Notes under the pieces: generated by a model
The model's database searches: none
The model's input: only the letters and a program-made list of their open reading frames with translations
What the model was told of the DNA's origin: nothing
Made by a program: the position numbers and the translations under genes
In this document: positions 13,166 through 26,510 of the stretch, piece by piece
Numbering within the stretch: position 1 is the first letter of the stretch
Layout: every line of letters begins with the position of its first letter
Assembly: GCA_030390025.1 (NCBI GenBank)
Contig: CM059432.1
Coordinates: 74,154,001 to 74,218,000 of the forward strand
Source: Squalus acanthias
Lineage: Eukaryota
Length of the DNA: 64,000 nucleotides
Direction of reading: 5' to 3'

Positions 13166-15235
13166 ATAGAGTCATAGAGTTATACAGCACAGAAAGAGGC
13201 CCTTCGGCCCTTCATGTCTGCGCCGGCCATCAAGCCCTGTCTATTCTAATACGATAGCAAAATACTGCGGATGCTGGAAATCTGTCATCGACCTGAAACG
13301 TTAACTCTCTTTCTCTCTCCACGGATGCTGCCTGGCCTGCTGAGTTTTTCCAGCGTTTTCTGTTGTTATTCCTGTCTATTCTAATCCCATTTTCCAGCAC
13401 TTGGTCCGTAGCCTTGTATGCTATGGCGTTTCAAGTGCTTATCTAAATGCTTCTTGAATGTTGTGAGGGTTCCTGCCTCTACCACCCTTTCAGGCAGTGA
13501 GTTCCAGATTCCAACCACCCTCTGGGTGAAAAGGTTTTTCCTCAAATCCCCTCTAAACCTCCTGCCCCTTACCTTGAAACTATGCCCCCTGGTTATTGAC
13601 CCCTCTACTAAGGGGAAAAGTTACTTTCTATCTACCATATCTATGCCCCTCATAATTTTGTACACCTCAATCAGGTCCCCCCTCAGCCTTCTCTGCTCTA
13701 AGGAAAACAACCCCAGCCTGTCCAGTCTCTCTTCATAGCTGAAGCGCTCCAGCCCAGGTAACATCCTGGTGAATCTCCTCTGCACCCTCTCCAATGCAAT
13801 CACATCCCTCCTATAGTGTGGTGACCAGAACTGCACACAGTATTCCAGCGGTGGCTAACTAGCGTTTTGTACAGCTCCATCATAACCACCCTGCTCTTGC
13901 CTTCATTAGCTGAGGCATAGAATATAAGTATCCCATATGCCTTCTTAACCACCTTATCTACCTGTCCTGCTGCCTTCAGGGATCTATGTACATGCACACC
14001 AAGGTTCCTCTGTCCTTCCTAGGATCCTACCATTCATTGTGTATTCCCTTGCCTTGTTAGTCCTCCCAAAATGCATCACCTCACACTTTTCAGCGTTAAA
14101 TTCCATTTGCCACTGTTCTGCCCATCTGACCAACCCGTCTATATCGTCCTGTAGCCTGAAGCTTCCCTCCTCGCTATTTACCATTCCACCAATTTTCGTG
14201 TCATCTGTGAACTTACTGATCATACCTCCTACATTCATATCTAAATCATTAATGTACACTACAAACAGCAAGGGACCCAGCACCGATCCCTGCGGTACAC
14301 CACTGGACACAGGCTTCCAGTCACAAAAACAACCTTCGACCATCACCCTCTGCCTCCTGCCACTAAGCCAATTTTGGATCCAGTGTGCCAAATTGCCCTC
14401 GATCCCATGGGCTTTTGCCTTCTTGACCAGTCTCCCATGCGGGACTTTGTCAAAAGCCTTACTGAAGTCCATGTAGACTACATCAACTGCACTACCCTCA
14501 TCCACACACCTAGTCACCCCCTCAAAATTCAATCAAATTGGTTAGACATGATCTCCCCCTGACAAAGCCATGCTGACTATCCTTGATTAATCCTTGCCTC
14601 TCCAAGTGGAGACTAATTCTGTCCCTCAGAATTTTTTCCAATAATTTCCCTACCACTGATGTTAGGCTCACTGGCCTGTAATTCCCTGGTTTATCCCTAC
14701 TACCCTTCTTGAATAATGGTACTATGTTAGCTGTTCTCCAGTCCTCTGGCACCTCCCCTGTGGCCAGAGAGGTTCTGAAAATTTGTATCGGAGCCCCTGC
14801 AATCTCCTCCCTTGCCTCACACAGCAGCCTGGGATACATCTCGTCTGGGCCTGGGGATTTATCCACTTTTAAGCCCGCTAAAACCGCTAGTACCTCCTCC
14901 CTCTCGATACTAATTTGTTCAAGTATATCACAATCCCCCTGCCTGATTTCTATGCCTACATCGTCCTTCTCCATAGTGAACACAGATGCAAAATATTCAT
15001 TTAAAACCTCACCTACATCTTCCGGCTCTACACACAGATTGCCACTTTGGTCCCTAATGGGCCCTACTCTTTCCCTGGTTATCCTCTTGCCCTTAATATA
15101 CTTATAAAACACCTTGGGATTTTCCTTTATTTTGCCCGCCAGTGTTTTTTCATGTCCCCTCTTTGCTCTCCTAATTTCTTTAAGTACCCCCTGCACTTTC
15201 TATACTCCTCTAGGGCTTCCACTGTTTTTAGTCCT
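13166..15235 (-). mobile_element. CR1 LINE, 5'-truncated, nested
   Basis: KSPGPDEMYPR, NYRPVSLTS, DFSKAFDKVPH, TDDTK; tail repeat tagagtcatagag. Confidence 0.92.
13251..13370. mobile_element. 120-bp permuted micro-Penelope insertion
   Basis: 15-bp TSD cctgtctattctaat at 13236-13250 and 13371-13385; content matches 44455-44577. Confidence 0.85.
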
Positions 15236-15657
15236 TAATCACGTGGAGTGAATCGAATTGGCTGAAGATTGACTTCTGTGATGGCGGGGACCTCCGGAGG
15301 ATGGATCATCCACTTGGCACTTCTGGCTGAAGATGGTTGCAAATGCTTCAGCCTTGTCTTTTGCACTCACGTGCTGGGCTCCATCATCATTGAGGATGGT
15401 GGAGCCCATGTACATATACAGGCATTCAAAAGCTCCACTTATTCACCTCAATTTTGTTAGCGTGTCAATATTGTTTGCACATAACATGGTGATATGAGTG
15501 CTTTAACTTATTCTACAAATCTTTTTTGTAAAATTTTGAAACTGGATCATTGTTCTTATTGGAAATGCCACACAGTTGTAATTAGCAACTGCTGTATCTC
15601 CATTTACTGCATAATATCTGGGCCTCCTGTTGTTTTCATGAACTTAAAGTTGACTCT

Positions 15658-15770
15658 ATGGGGAAAGAGCAGGGGAGTGGGATTAATTGGATGGCTCTAA
15701 CTAAGAGCGGGCATATACACGATGGCCTGAATAGCCTCCTTTTGTGCTATATCATTCTATGATTCTATGA
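15658..15770 (+). mobile_element. CR1 3' terminal fragment
   Basis: gcaggggagtgggattaattgg...gcctccttttgtgct followed by a (ATTCTATG)2 tail. Confidence 0.7.
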
Positions 15771-16653
15771 CTTGTAAGTGCCTTTCTGTAGTTGCTAATG
15801 CCAACCATGGCATCATCTTGGGCATTTCTAATTGAAAATGGTGACAATTTGTTTTGAGAAATGCATACTGTTAATTAGATTGGATTATTTAGCTCCTCTG
15901 TACCAACTAATTTAATATAGGAAATTGATGAACGTTACACCACCAATAGAATCATAGTAGTCAGTGCTAACTGTAAAATCCTGACTTAAGGAAAATGGCA
16001 CCTCACTTATTTAACATTTACTCTGAGTCCCAAGGCCTTCCTTGTCTGCTAATCAACAGGTCTCGGAAACTTGTCAGGTTAGGATTTGGTCTCGAGGAAT
16101 CTTCAACATTCCACTAGCTACACATAGTTTGAATACTGAAAGTGAACTTTTGTACTTTGTTGAATCCTTTATGACAAATGATCCATGTAGTATTCTAATA
16201 GAATGCTTTGAGGAAAGCTTTCTTGAACTGCATGTAGTTGTGTGTTAAAAGGTAGTTTCAACCAATCTACTTGCTGTAGCATGTGGATTGTAGCACAAGG
16301 CTGCCAGATCATAGTCGAAATGATTCTGAGAGTCTGAAGATAGATGACACTGTTTTCAGCTTCAGGCTGTTCATTATTCAAGTATGTAAACTTTGAAGGG
16401 CAGTGCACCAACCTATAAAATCCTGTTTGATCCATCTGTTTGGTAGGCTATTAAAACCGATGCTTGGTGATTCCCAAATAGTGCTGTTTCTGAGAAGTTG
16501 GGAACATTACAATGCATTTGGCAATGGTTGCTCCTGCATTGCTTGTTATAGCTCAGCCAACTTGCTGCCTAATGAAATGATTAGAATGCAGTCTTTTCTG
16601 CGTATAGATTGTGATTTTGTATCTACTGCTGTTGACTTTACCTTTTTCAGAGT

Positions 16654-17109
16654 GTCAGCGGTGGCTCAGTAGATAGCACTCTTGCCTCTGAGTGAGAAGG
16701 TTGTGGGTTCAAGTCCCACTCGAGACTTGAGTACAAAAATCTAGGCTGACACTCCAGTGCAGTGCTGAGGGGGTGCTGCACTGTCAGACGTGCTGTCGTG
16801 CTGTCTTTCAGATGAGACGTTAAAACCGAGGCCCCGTCTGTTCTCTCAGGTGGACGTAAAAGATCCCATGGCACTATTTCAAAAAAGAGCAGGAGTGTTA
16901 TCCCCGGTGTCCTGGCCAATCAACATCACTAAAAAAGAAATGTTATCTAGTCAATATCACATTGCTGTTAGTGGGAGCTTGCTGTGTGCAAATTGGCTGC
17001 CATGTTTCCTACATTGCAACAGTGACTACACTTCAAAAATTGGCTGTAAAGCGCTTTGGGATGTCCTGAGGACGTGAAAGGCACTATATAAATGCAATTT
17101 TTTTCTTTT
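16654..17109 (+). mobile_element. DeuSINE (SacSINE1-like), full length
   Basis: A box tggctcagtag, B box ggttcaagtccc, Deu-like core, L2-like tail. Confidence 0.88.
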
Positions 17110-17630
17110 ACATTACACCAGATTTCTTGCTTCAAAACAAACATTGCATTTTTCTAGTCCTTTATTTGAGCCCTTGTGTCTCAAAACACTACTCAATAGT
17201 TCGGAACATTTTCCCATTTGTCCATGATGAATCTTCGTTCGCCCAAATCTCTCAGGCATTCAGGATGACTGTACAATAAAAATGACTGCAGATAGCTTTT
17301 TTATTAGCTTTGTTGGTTCCAGAATTGTAAAGCCATAGTAGCTAGTTCCATTTTTCCCCCTTGCATTGAGATACGTGTTAGGAAAGCTGAGCGTCATTTC
17401 TATAAAGATTGGCATGTCTTGTCAGGGTTGCTAATGGTGCTGGCACTGGTTGTTACAGAGGCAGGTCCAGGTGAACACTACAGGTCCTTGGCCAAAGCTC
17501 AGGATGAGATCAGGCCCTGGCCAAGGTCTAGGGCACATCTGGTATGAAGGTGCAGGCTAGGGTGGAGTGACAGCTTCAATTTGGAGGTTAGGTTGCACTG
17601 TGGGCTGAGGAAAGCGAGAATGGAGCCTAT

Positions 17631-18139
17631 GGGCTGGATTTTGATACTGGGGTGGGTTGGGGTCGTGTCATCCACCCGACTGCAATTGGATGTGGGAGAT
17701 TGATGTGATTTTCACCTAATTGGGCAATTGAGTTCCAGCATGTGGGAACCCATGACACAATTAGTGTTTTCAGTCTGAAAGTCGCCTCTGATGATGTCAT
17801 CATTGCTGTTGCATTGAAGGGAGAGAGAGAGCTCCTGCAGCTGATAGTCAGCCTCCCGCCAGGTTTCTCAATCGTGGTTGAGAACAGGCGTGCTTCACGT
17901 ACAACAAGGGTTAAAATCTCACACGCCTTTCAAAATGGCATTATAGAGCCAATTTAGTGCTTGTTAAGGGTCTTAACAGCCTATCCCGCCTCTTAAAGGC
18001 GGGACGGAGTCGGGACCAGCAGACACGATTTAATGAAAATTGCGTGGAGGCGGACTTGTGCCCGCCCGCCAGTTTTCGCAATTTTAACCCCCCCACAAGC
18101 CTCCAAACCTGCCTCCACGGGTCAATGAAAATCCAGCCC
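17631..18139. mobile_element. PIF/Harbinger-type MITE
   Basis: 12-bp perfect TIRs GGGCTGGATTTT / AAAATCCAGCCC; TAT TSD at 17628-17630 and 18140-18142. Confidence 0.85.
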
Positions 18140-19799
18140 TATGACTTTGTAGGGGAGTGGGAACAGGTCAGAAAGGGATGGGAGCAAGAACTGTGATTTG
18201 GATTCTGTAGTTCCCTAGCTCTGCCATCGAGATCATCCATAGTCACACTTTCTAAAATGATGTAACCTTCCACTGTGCTCCATTGGAGGAGTTTTGTCTG
18301 GTTTCTAGAATTTGGTCATATTGGTGCTAGAAAGTGTGAAACAGGTAATTCAGTAGGTGAACCTGATCACTAGAGAAAATTGTACATTCCAGACACTTAA
18401 CAAATCAGACAAAAATTAGATATTGGGCAAACAAATTATTATAAAGATAATGGTGATTTGAAGCAGAGATGAATTGTGCGTGTACATGTGCTGCAGTATT
18501 TAGTTATTCGTTGATCACACTACCAGAATCAAAGGACACGGAGGTTAGTAGCATGTCACAATTCTTGAAATCTGCTGCAAAAATAATTGTTTTAAAATTT
18601 TTAGGTCACCTTATTTAGAGATGGGGGACAAAATTGCAGAACTAAATGTGCACCAACTTTTAAAGTCAGACTTTATTTAAACAAGATAAAACCATAGAAA
18701 CTGAGCATTATTTTGGGTAAAACAAATGCTCATAATTTCCACCAGGACCCATGTGAATTTATTTTCCTGTGACAACAAGCCCTGCTTTATTATTTAAAAA
18801 AAAACATCTTTATACCCCAAGTACTTTCCTCCCTTTTCATCCCCACCCCATGTACATAGAAAGACTTGTGCCTTTCGCAAGGACATTCCAAAGGTATGTT
18901 CACCAGGTGAGATTAATGAAGAGTCTGTGTTTTTTATAAACTTGAAAGCATTGGACTCCAAAGAGACAGGTTTGATAATGAGCCAGATCAAGTAGTTCAA
19001 ACTGGTGGTCTTGTTGAAAGTGAGAGGCATGGTGCCTCTTGGGATGGAACCATTTGTAATATTGCCTCGCATGGAGAGAGCAGAAAAGGAAGTTCCATGG
19101 TCAGGAATTTAATGGGATTGGAGTTGAGGGAGTAGGAGGTGGGTCTCCTGCATGATATGAGCTTGGTGACGGTAGAAGAGAGATGTGGAAGAAATTAGAA
19201 AGAGACCATGGTTCAGGGATAGAGAGGATGGCGGGGTAGGTTTGGTTTGGTTTAGAGGGGAAGGGGGCTGTGCTTAACATGTTCAGTCACTGTGAAGCAG
19301 TAATGAACAAAGCAAACAACGATGTAGAAATCCATAAGCCATCATCCAATTTTTTTTTGAGAGGGGTATGGCACAGTTTGAGAGACCACACAGATAGCAT
19401 CTCTAAAGCCGCATTATTGGTGCTACATTTTTTTTTTCAGATTCCCAGTTTTTAGTGGGTCTACAAGGCTCTTAGAGATGAGAATCAGATTTTGTAGCAT
19501 AGATCATGAGATCTGGAACCTGAACTAAAACAGCAATATAAAAGCAGTTTAAGAATTTTAACATTATATAGAGGCGATCAGGTGTCAAGTCATCTTCACC
19601 CACCTTCCCCTGTATATATAGCCTGTGCTCCAGAACTGAGTTATTTTTCAAACTGTTGGAAGCTGTGCTCACTATTAGTACAGCAGGAAAAGTTTGTCAC
19701 CTTGTTAATTGGTCCTTTTATGTTCTAATTTGTATTGTCTTATTTAATTTTCTGTTGGGGTTTCCTGCTGGTTTAATGCACAAACTATTGCGATTTTAT

Positions 19800-20170
19800 T
19801 TTTTAATAATTTCTTGGGATATGGGTGTCGCTGGCAAGGCCGGCATTTCTTGCCCATCATAGTTACCCTTGAAGATGGTGGTGAGCTGCCTTCTTGAACA
19901 GCTGCAGTCTGTGTGGTGAAGGTGCTCCCACAGTGCTTCTTAAGTAGGGAGTTCCAAGATTTTAACGCAGCGACGATGAAGGAAAGGCGATATATTTCCA
20001 AGTCGGGAGGGTGTATGACTTGGAGGGGAATTTGGAGGTGATGGTGTTTCCTTGTGCCTGCTGCCATTATCCTTCTAGGTGGTGGAGGTTGCAGATTTGG
20101 GAAGTGCTGTCAAAGTAGCTTAAGCGAGTTGCTGCAGTGCATCCTGCAGATAGTATGCACTGCAGCCAGT
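19800..20170 (-). mobile_element. 3' fragment of the second CR1-group LINE family
   Basis: Colinear with ~11610-11965; a shorter piece lies at ~8215-8295. Confidence 0.8.
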
Positions 20171-21974
20171 GTGTGTTAAGTCGTACACACTAGATTCAGT
20201 TCTTTATCTGCGTTAACTGACCTCAGCCAGGGTGACACTGGAAGGGTACGTTGACCATGGGATTCGCAGACTAGGAAACAAACCATTTTCCACCTTTTCT
20301 GCTATGATGCGCTTCCTAGCCTGATTCTGTTCTTTTCTCTTTCTCTCATTCTCACACATGCACACTTTCCCGTGTGTCTGTATAGGAACGAACACCAGGC
20401 TAGGCTAAAATGGTGGTTTGCAAGCAGAAACCTCTTGTCTAGGCTCAAATTAAGAATATCCATTCAGCAAGGTGCTGGAGAGTTGCTGGTACTTGACTGT
20501 ACAAGTTAGTCTCTTGAGAGAGAATTCTTTCCAAAGCTGGGCCTTAAAATATTAGTATTTATAAAGATTAGTTTGCATTGCAATATTTGAGCGACCTATG
20601 ATAAAAGCAAATATATCTAATCTGACTCGTATCTTTTCAGATAAGCAATTTGAAAGTTTAAGTTTATTTCTGAGAACTTTTATCCCAGTGCAAGCCTTCT
20701 ATTGTTACAGCATACATGTACTTAACATTGCTTCCAGGATCACTCCGTGTTCCCTATAGTTTTATTCTGAACTATAGTTTTTCCCATTAACAATTACAAT
20801 TTTGAAGATTATTATTTGTAATCTGGAAATTTTGATCAGGTTACAGCCTTGCAACTTCTAGGTGTATCCATGTGGTAAATGCTTTATGGTAGCCAAAGCA
20901 TCCAAGATGCTGATCAAAGAAATTGTAGAGGCATAGTCACCACATATATAAACAAACTGCACCTAAAGAGATGAGGACTCTAAGCTTGCCAATTACTCTG
21001 CCCTTTATTTCAGAACAGTGTTGGGGTTCTGCTTTTGTGGAGGTCTGACTTTGTTTCACTGATCAGTGGCCAGTTTCTGATATGACGAGCATTCAACAGA
21101 TATGATCCCTCGTGACTGGAGACCGGCATTGCATTAGTAGTATTGAGAAAGTTGTTATTTAAAAATAAAAGCTGAGAATTCTTAATTGGGTAGAGGCAAG
21201 TATTAAAGTGAACTGCAGTGCATATTTAAATCACTTATGGGTTGTCAAAAATCAAGTGAGCCAGTTGTACAAATGTTTGCCGCATATTTCCAGATCTCTC
21301 CAATTCATAATATATCTTGATGTATAAACTATCTCAACAAATTGAAAGTGACTTAAAAGGAAGTGTATTCTACTGAATTGTCACATAATCCTAAATCTTA
21401 TTAAGGGAGATGTATTGCTTGCCTTTATTTCTGTGCTTTCTTATTCTTCAGAACTGTGTGCTGGAGGCACCTAGGGAGGAGATGTTTGGTATGGAACTCA
21501 ACATTCTGTCAGTCTCCTGGCAGGGAATGTTGCTGTATGCATTCCAGACCTGGTAAAATGAAGCTTGTATTACTACCTTTTAACTCTGAAGCCAATTATT
21601 TTAATAATTGTGTGTATGCAGTTGTTTTCAGTTTGGAAATTATCTTTGATTTACCATGTACAGAGCTTTGCTGGGCTCTTGTGCTTTGGATCCGAGAGTG
21701 GAGATTGCAAGCATTGTGATCAACATTTAATGATCACTGGCAAATTTCCCACAGCGTTGCTCACTAAGTTGACGGATACACTGTTTATAACAAGATTGTT
21801 TACACCATGTAGAGAATATCAGGGCCACAGATTTACAGTGACTGAATAAGTTGTTCTATTTTTACTAAAGTATATGTTAAGATTTTTACTGGGGTTTTGG
21901 GATTGAATTCCATGACTGTCCATTATTCTGCAGACATCATAAATGAGTGGCCATTATAGTATGTATAAATATTC

Positions 21975-24425
21975 CATAGGATTACACAGGATATACGGCG
22001 CAGAAACAGGCCATTCGGCCCAACCAATCCATGCTGGCGTTTATGCTCCACTCGAGCCCCCTCCCGTCTTTCCTCATCTAAATTTATCAGTGTAACCCTC
22101 TATTCCCTTCTCCCTCATATGTCCAGCCTCCCCTTAAATGCATCTATACTATTCGCTTCAACCACTCCGTGGTAGCGAGTTCCATATTCTCACCACTCTT
22201 TGGGTAAAGAAGTTTCTTCTGAATTCCCTATTGGATTTCTTGGTGACTATCTTATATTGATGGCCTCCAGTTATGCTCTTCCCCCACAAGTGGAAACATT
22301 CTATCTGTATCCACTCTATCAAAACCTTTCATAATTTTAAAGACCTCTATTAGGTCACCCCCTCAGCCTTTTTTCAAGAGAAAAGAGACCCAACCTGTCC
22401 ATCCTTTCCTGATAGGTATACCCTCGTATTTCTGGTATCATCCTTGGAAATCTTCTCTGCACCCTCTCCAGTGCCTCTATATCCTTTTTAGAATATGGTG
22501 ACCAGAACTGCACGTAGTACCCCAAGTGTGGTCTAACCAAGGTTCGATACAGGTTTAGCATAACTTCCCTACTTTTCAATTCTATCCCTCTAGAAATAAA
22601 CCCTAGTGCTTGGTTTGCATTTTTAATGGCCTTGCTAACCTGTGGCGCAACTTTTAGTGATTTGTGTATTTGTACTCCGCGATCCCCTTGTTCCTCTACC
22701 CCACCTAGACTCCCACCCTCCAAGTAATAAGTGACTTCCCTATTCTTCCTACCAAAATGTAATACCTCACATTTGTCTGTGTTGAACTTCATTTGCCAAT
22801 TATTTGCCCATTCTGCAAGTTTATTAATGTCCTCCTGTAATTTGTTGCAGTCCTCCTCAGTATTGACTATCCCCTCCCCGCCCCCCCCCCTGCAATTTGG
22901 TGGTATCCGCAAATTTAGAAATTGTGTTTTTGATTCCAAAGTCTAAATCGTTAATGTAAATTGTGAACAGCAGTGGTCCCAGCACTGATCCTTATGGAAC
23001 ACCACTACCCACCTTCTGCCACTGTGAATAGCTACCCTTTACTCCCACTCTCTGCTTTCTGTCTTGAAGCCAGCTAGCAATCCATTCTGTTACTTGTCCC
23101 CTCACTCCGCATTCTCTGACCTTATTAGTCTATTATGGGGTACCTCATCGAAGGCGTTTTGAAAATCGAGATAAATTACATCTACTGCATTACCATTGTC
23201 TATTCTCTCTGTTACCTCTTCAAAAAATTCAATGAGGTTGGTCAAGCACGATTTTCCCTTTTGAAATCCATGCTGACTATTCATTATTTTACTTTTCGTT
23301 TCTAGATGTTTTTCTATTCTCTCCTTTTAGTAGATTTCCATTATTTTTCCTGCCACCGATGTTAAGCTGACTGGTCTATAATTCCCTGGACATGTTTTAT
23401 CCCCCTTCTTAAATATAGGTATTACGTTAGCTATCCGCCAGTCCTCTAGCACTACACCTTTTTCTAATTAATTATTAAGTATGTGTAGTAAAGCCTCTGC
23501 TATCTCTTCCCTAGATTCTTTTAAAATGCATGGATGCAATCCATCCGGACCAGGGGTTTTATCCTCTTTGAGTTTGATTAGTTTATTTAATATATCCCCT
23601 TTTTTATTTTAAAATGCACTTATCTCATTACTCATCTCATCATCCAATGTCATGTCCACCTGTTCTATCTCCCTGGTAAATACTGAAGCGAAATAATGGC
23701 TTAATATTTCTGCCATCTCCCTATAGTTACCTGTGGTATTGTCCTGTCTATCCCTTAATGGCCCTATTCGCATCCCAATCTTTTTTATTGATGTGCCTGT
23801 AAAATATTTTACTATTTTGTTTTATGTTCCTTGATAATTGAATTTCATAGTTCCTCTTTGCCTTCCTAATTGTTTTTTTGACTTCTCGCCTAATCCCTTC
23901 GTATTCTCTCTTATCATGCACTCCTCTGCTGTCTATGTACTTAATGTATGCCTCTTTCCTTACCCTTAATTGTTCCCTTATGTCTTTATTCATCCATGGA
24001 GTCTCATTAGTGTTTAGTTTGTTATTTCCTTTTAGCGGAATATATTTTTCCTGCACACTGTTGAACACCATTTTAAATGTCCTCCATTGTCGTTCTACAT
24101 CTTTATTTGCCAATATTGTTGCCCATTTTATCTTCCCAAGTTCTATCCTCAGCCCCTCAATCAGCTTTTCTCCAATCTATTAACCTGGTTTTTGTCATAC
24201 TTATGTCCTTCTCTATTATCATCATAAAACATATATTATGGTCACTATTGCCTATATGTTCCCCTAATTTTACTTCTCTTATCTGCTCTGGCTCATTCCC
24301 CATAACTAGATCCAGTAGCGAATCCTCCCTTGTTGGGCTTTTTATATATTGGGTTAGACAGAAGTCCTGTAGACATTGTAGGAACTCCAATCCCTTATCC
24401 CCTTTACCTACCTCTTCTGTTCAAT
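21975..24425 (-). mobile_element. CR1 LINE, 5'-truncated
   Basis: ORFs EFLQCLQDFCLTQY, SQHGFQKGKSCLTNL, LVRPHLGYYVQFWSP; CR1 3' UTR. Confidence 0.9.
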
Positions 24426-24829
24426 TTCTTTATGCATATCATCCCCCATGGGGTGGCTGGGATTGCTGTTCAGTATGTGGGGGGGGGGGGGTTGAAGATA
24501 TTCATCTGGGGGGAGGGGGGAAGGAGGATGTGGCTGTAACTTGCTCAGTGGGAAGGGGGGTCCTAAGAAGTGAGCATGCTCACTGGTGGGGTGGTTGGCA
24601 GATAAAAAGTTTCAGCTGGGGTAAGTGGGGGGGAGGTGGAAGGGATTGGGTCTCAGGGAATGTTTTTGCTGACGATGACACTTAAAGTGCTGTAGCTACA
24701 AGAAAGCTCCAGCTGTCTCTGTTTTGACAAGTGAGTGCGAACAGCATTTTTATTTCAGAAAGGGGAAGGGAAATTTTATGGGGGCAAGGGTATGTTTTAG
24801 TATCTGGGGTGGAAAAGCTTCCTTTGCTG

Positions 24830-25022
24830 TAGAGTCATAGTCATATCGGCACAGAAGGAGGCCATTCGGCCCATCGAGTCCATGCCGGCTCTCTGTAGAG
24901 CAATCCAGTCAGTCCCATTCCCCCGCTCTATCCCCGTAGCCCTACAAGTTTATTTCCCTCAAGTGCCTATCCAGTCTCCCTTTGAAAACATTAAGTGTCT
25001 CCTTACCACTTCCGTCGGCAGC
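24830..25022 (-). mobile_element. CR1 3' terminal fragment
   Basis: Highly similar to ~51161-51355. Confidence 0.8.
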
Positions 25023-25405
25023 AAAAAAATTTTGTACTTGATTTTCTTTCTTTGTTCATGTGCCCTTTCAAAGAGGTTGCTGATTTGAACAGGTTTGGGT
25101 TTCAGCTGATTATTGCAATGGGGACCAAGATTAGCTGTTAATTAGCAAGGTTCATGGAGGAAGGATAAAATGTTACTTGGATTTATTAGGCATCTACATA
25201 TATCAGGGAAGTATTGAGAGACAGCAATTCAGGTGGAGTTCTAACGGTGATGACTGAAAGGTGAGTTTGCGTCATTACAGGGGGGGCTATCTGATTACTG
25301 GCTCCGGGGGAGCGGGGTGCAAGGATCTATTAACTTGCTCAGTGGGGAAGGGTTATTGGAAAGTGTCTGACTTGTGAGAGGGGGTTGAAAGCAATTGGAC
25401 AATTT

Positions 25406-25797
25406 GAAAGAAAGACTTGTATTTATATCGCTCATGAACTCAGGATGTCCCAAAGTGCTTTACAGCCAATTAAATACTTTTTGAAATGTAGTCACTGATG
25501 TAGGAAACGTGGCAATTTGCGCACACCAATGAGATCTATTTTTGTGATATTAGCCAGGACACCGGGGGTAAGTCCCCTACTCCTCTTCGAAATAGTGCCA
25601 TGGGATCTTTTACATCTACCTGAGAGAGCAGACATAACATCTCATCCGAAGGACCACACCTCTGCCAATGCAGCACTTCCTCAGTACTTCAGTGAAGTAT
25701 CAGCCTGGATTACGTGTTCAAGTCTCTGGAGAGAGACTCTAACCCACAACATTCTGACTCGGAGGCAAGCGTGCTACCAACTGAGCCACAGCTGACA
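25406..25797 (-). mobile_element. DeuSINE copy with internal deletions
   Basis: Colinear with 7571-8025. Confidence 0.8.
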
Positions 25798-26174
25798 CCT
25801 TGCTCAGAAGGAGGTTGATTTGAAGTGTTTGATAACCCAGTCAGTGGGCAACTTGCCCGAGACTCCAGTTTTGACACTGTTTCTCTGTGAGGAGTAGGCT
25901 TTCAATCATTTCTACAAGTTCTTTTCAAAAAATATTTGCTTTTTAGTTTTTTTTCTCATGCCATTTACAGTGATTGCTCATACTGTTTGCCAGTAATGCA
26001 TGCTTGTTTTAATAGTTCTGTCAAAATCACTGATTATTTTGGTGGAGGGGGGAAAATAGATGGGACCTATTCAAGGCGCCGTTTGGCCTGCCCTGTAACT
26101 TTAGGTAGGTTCCTATTGTCATGTAATGTGTCGTGGATAGTCGAGATCAATTTGCATTTTCAGGTCAAGCAGGG

Positions 26175-26510
26175 TTAGATGGTGGGGCGAAGATTGGGCA
26201 GGAAGGGACGGGGAGGAGAAAAGGAAGAGAGTGCTGAAGAAGGGGAATTTGGATTAGTAGAATTGGGGGGTGGAAGCAAGAAGCAGGCAACTGTTAGTAG
26301 AGGAGAAATACAGCCAGTGTGAGGGTTCTGTGGATAGGAAATGCAGTTAAGGGGATTACTATGAAGGGAAAATAAAGCAGGGTTGTCTGTGAGGGAGAAT
26401 TGCAGCCAGTTGAGGGAGTGGGGAGGGAGGAGGAGATAGATTGACAGCCAGTAGGTGGGTTGGAAGAGAGTTGCAGCCAGTGGTGAATGAATGGGAGTTA
26501 GAGCCATTGG
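26175..26510 (-). mobile_element. Old L2 fragment
   Basis: Purine-rich reverse complement of L2 sequence like ~5330-5600 (ttgacagccagtagg, gggattactatgaaggg). Confidence 0.45.

Larger units (their letters stand above)
11605..15400 (-). mobile_element. CR1-group LINE of a second family (host), split by the insertion at 13166-15235
   Basis: ORFs [40 protein letters not shown]; sequence rejoins as ttcttgata|tcacgtggagtg. Confidence 0.85.
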
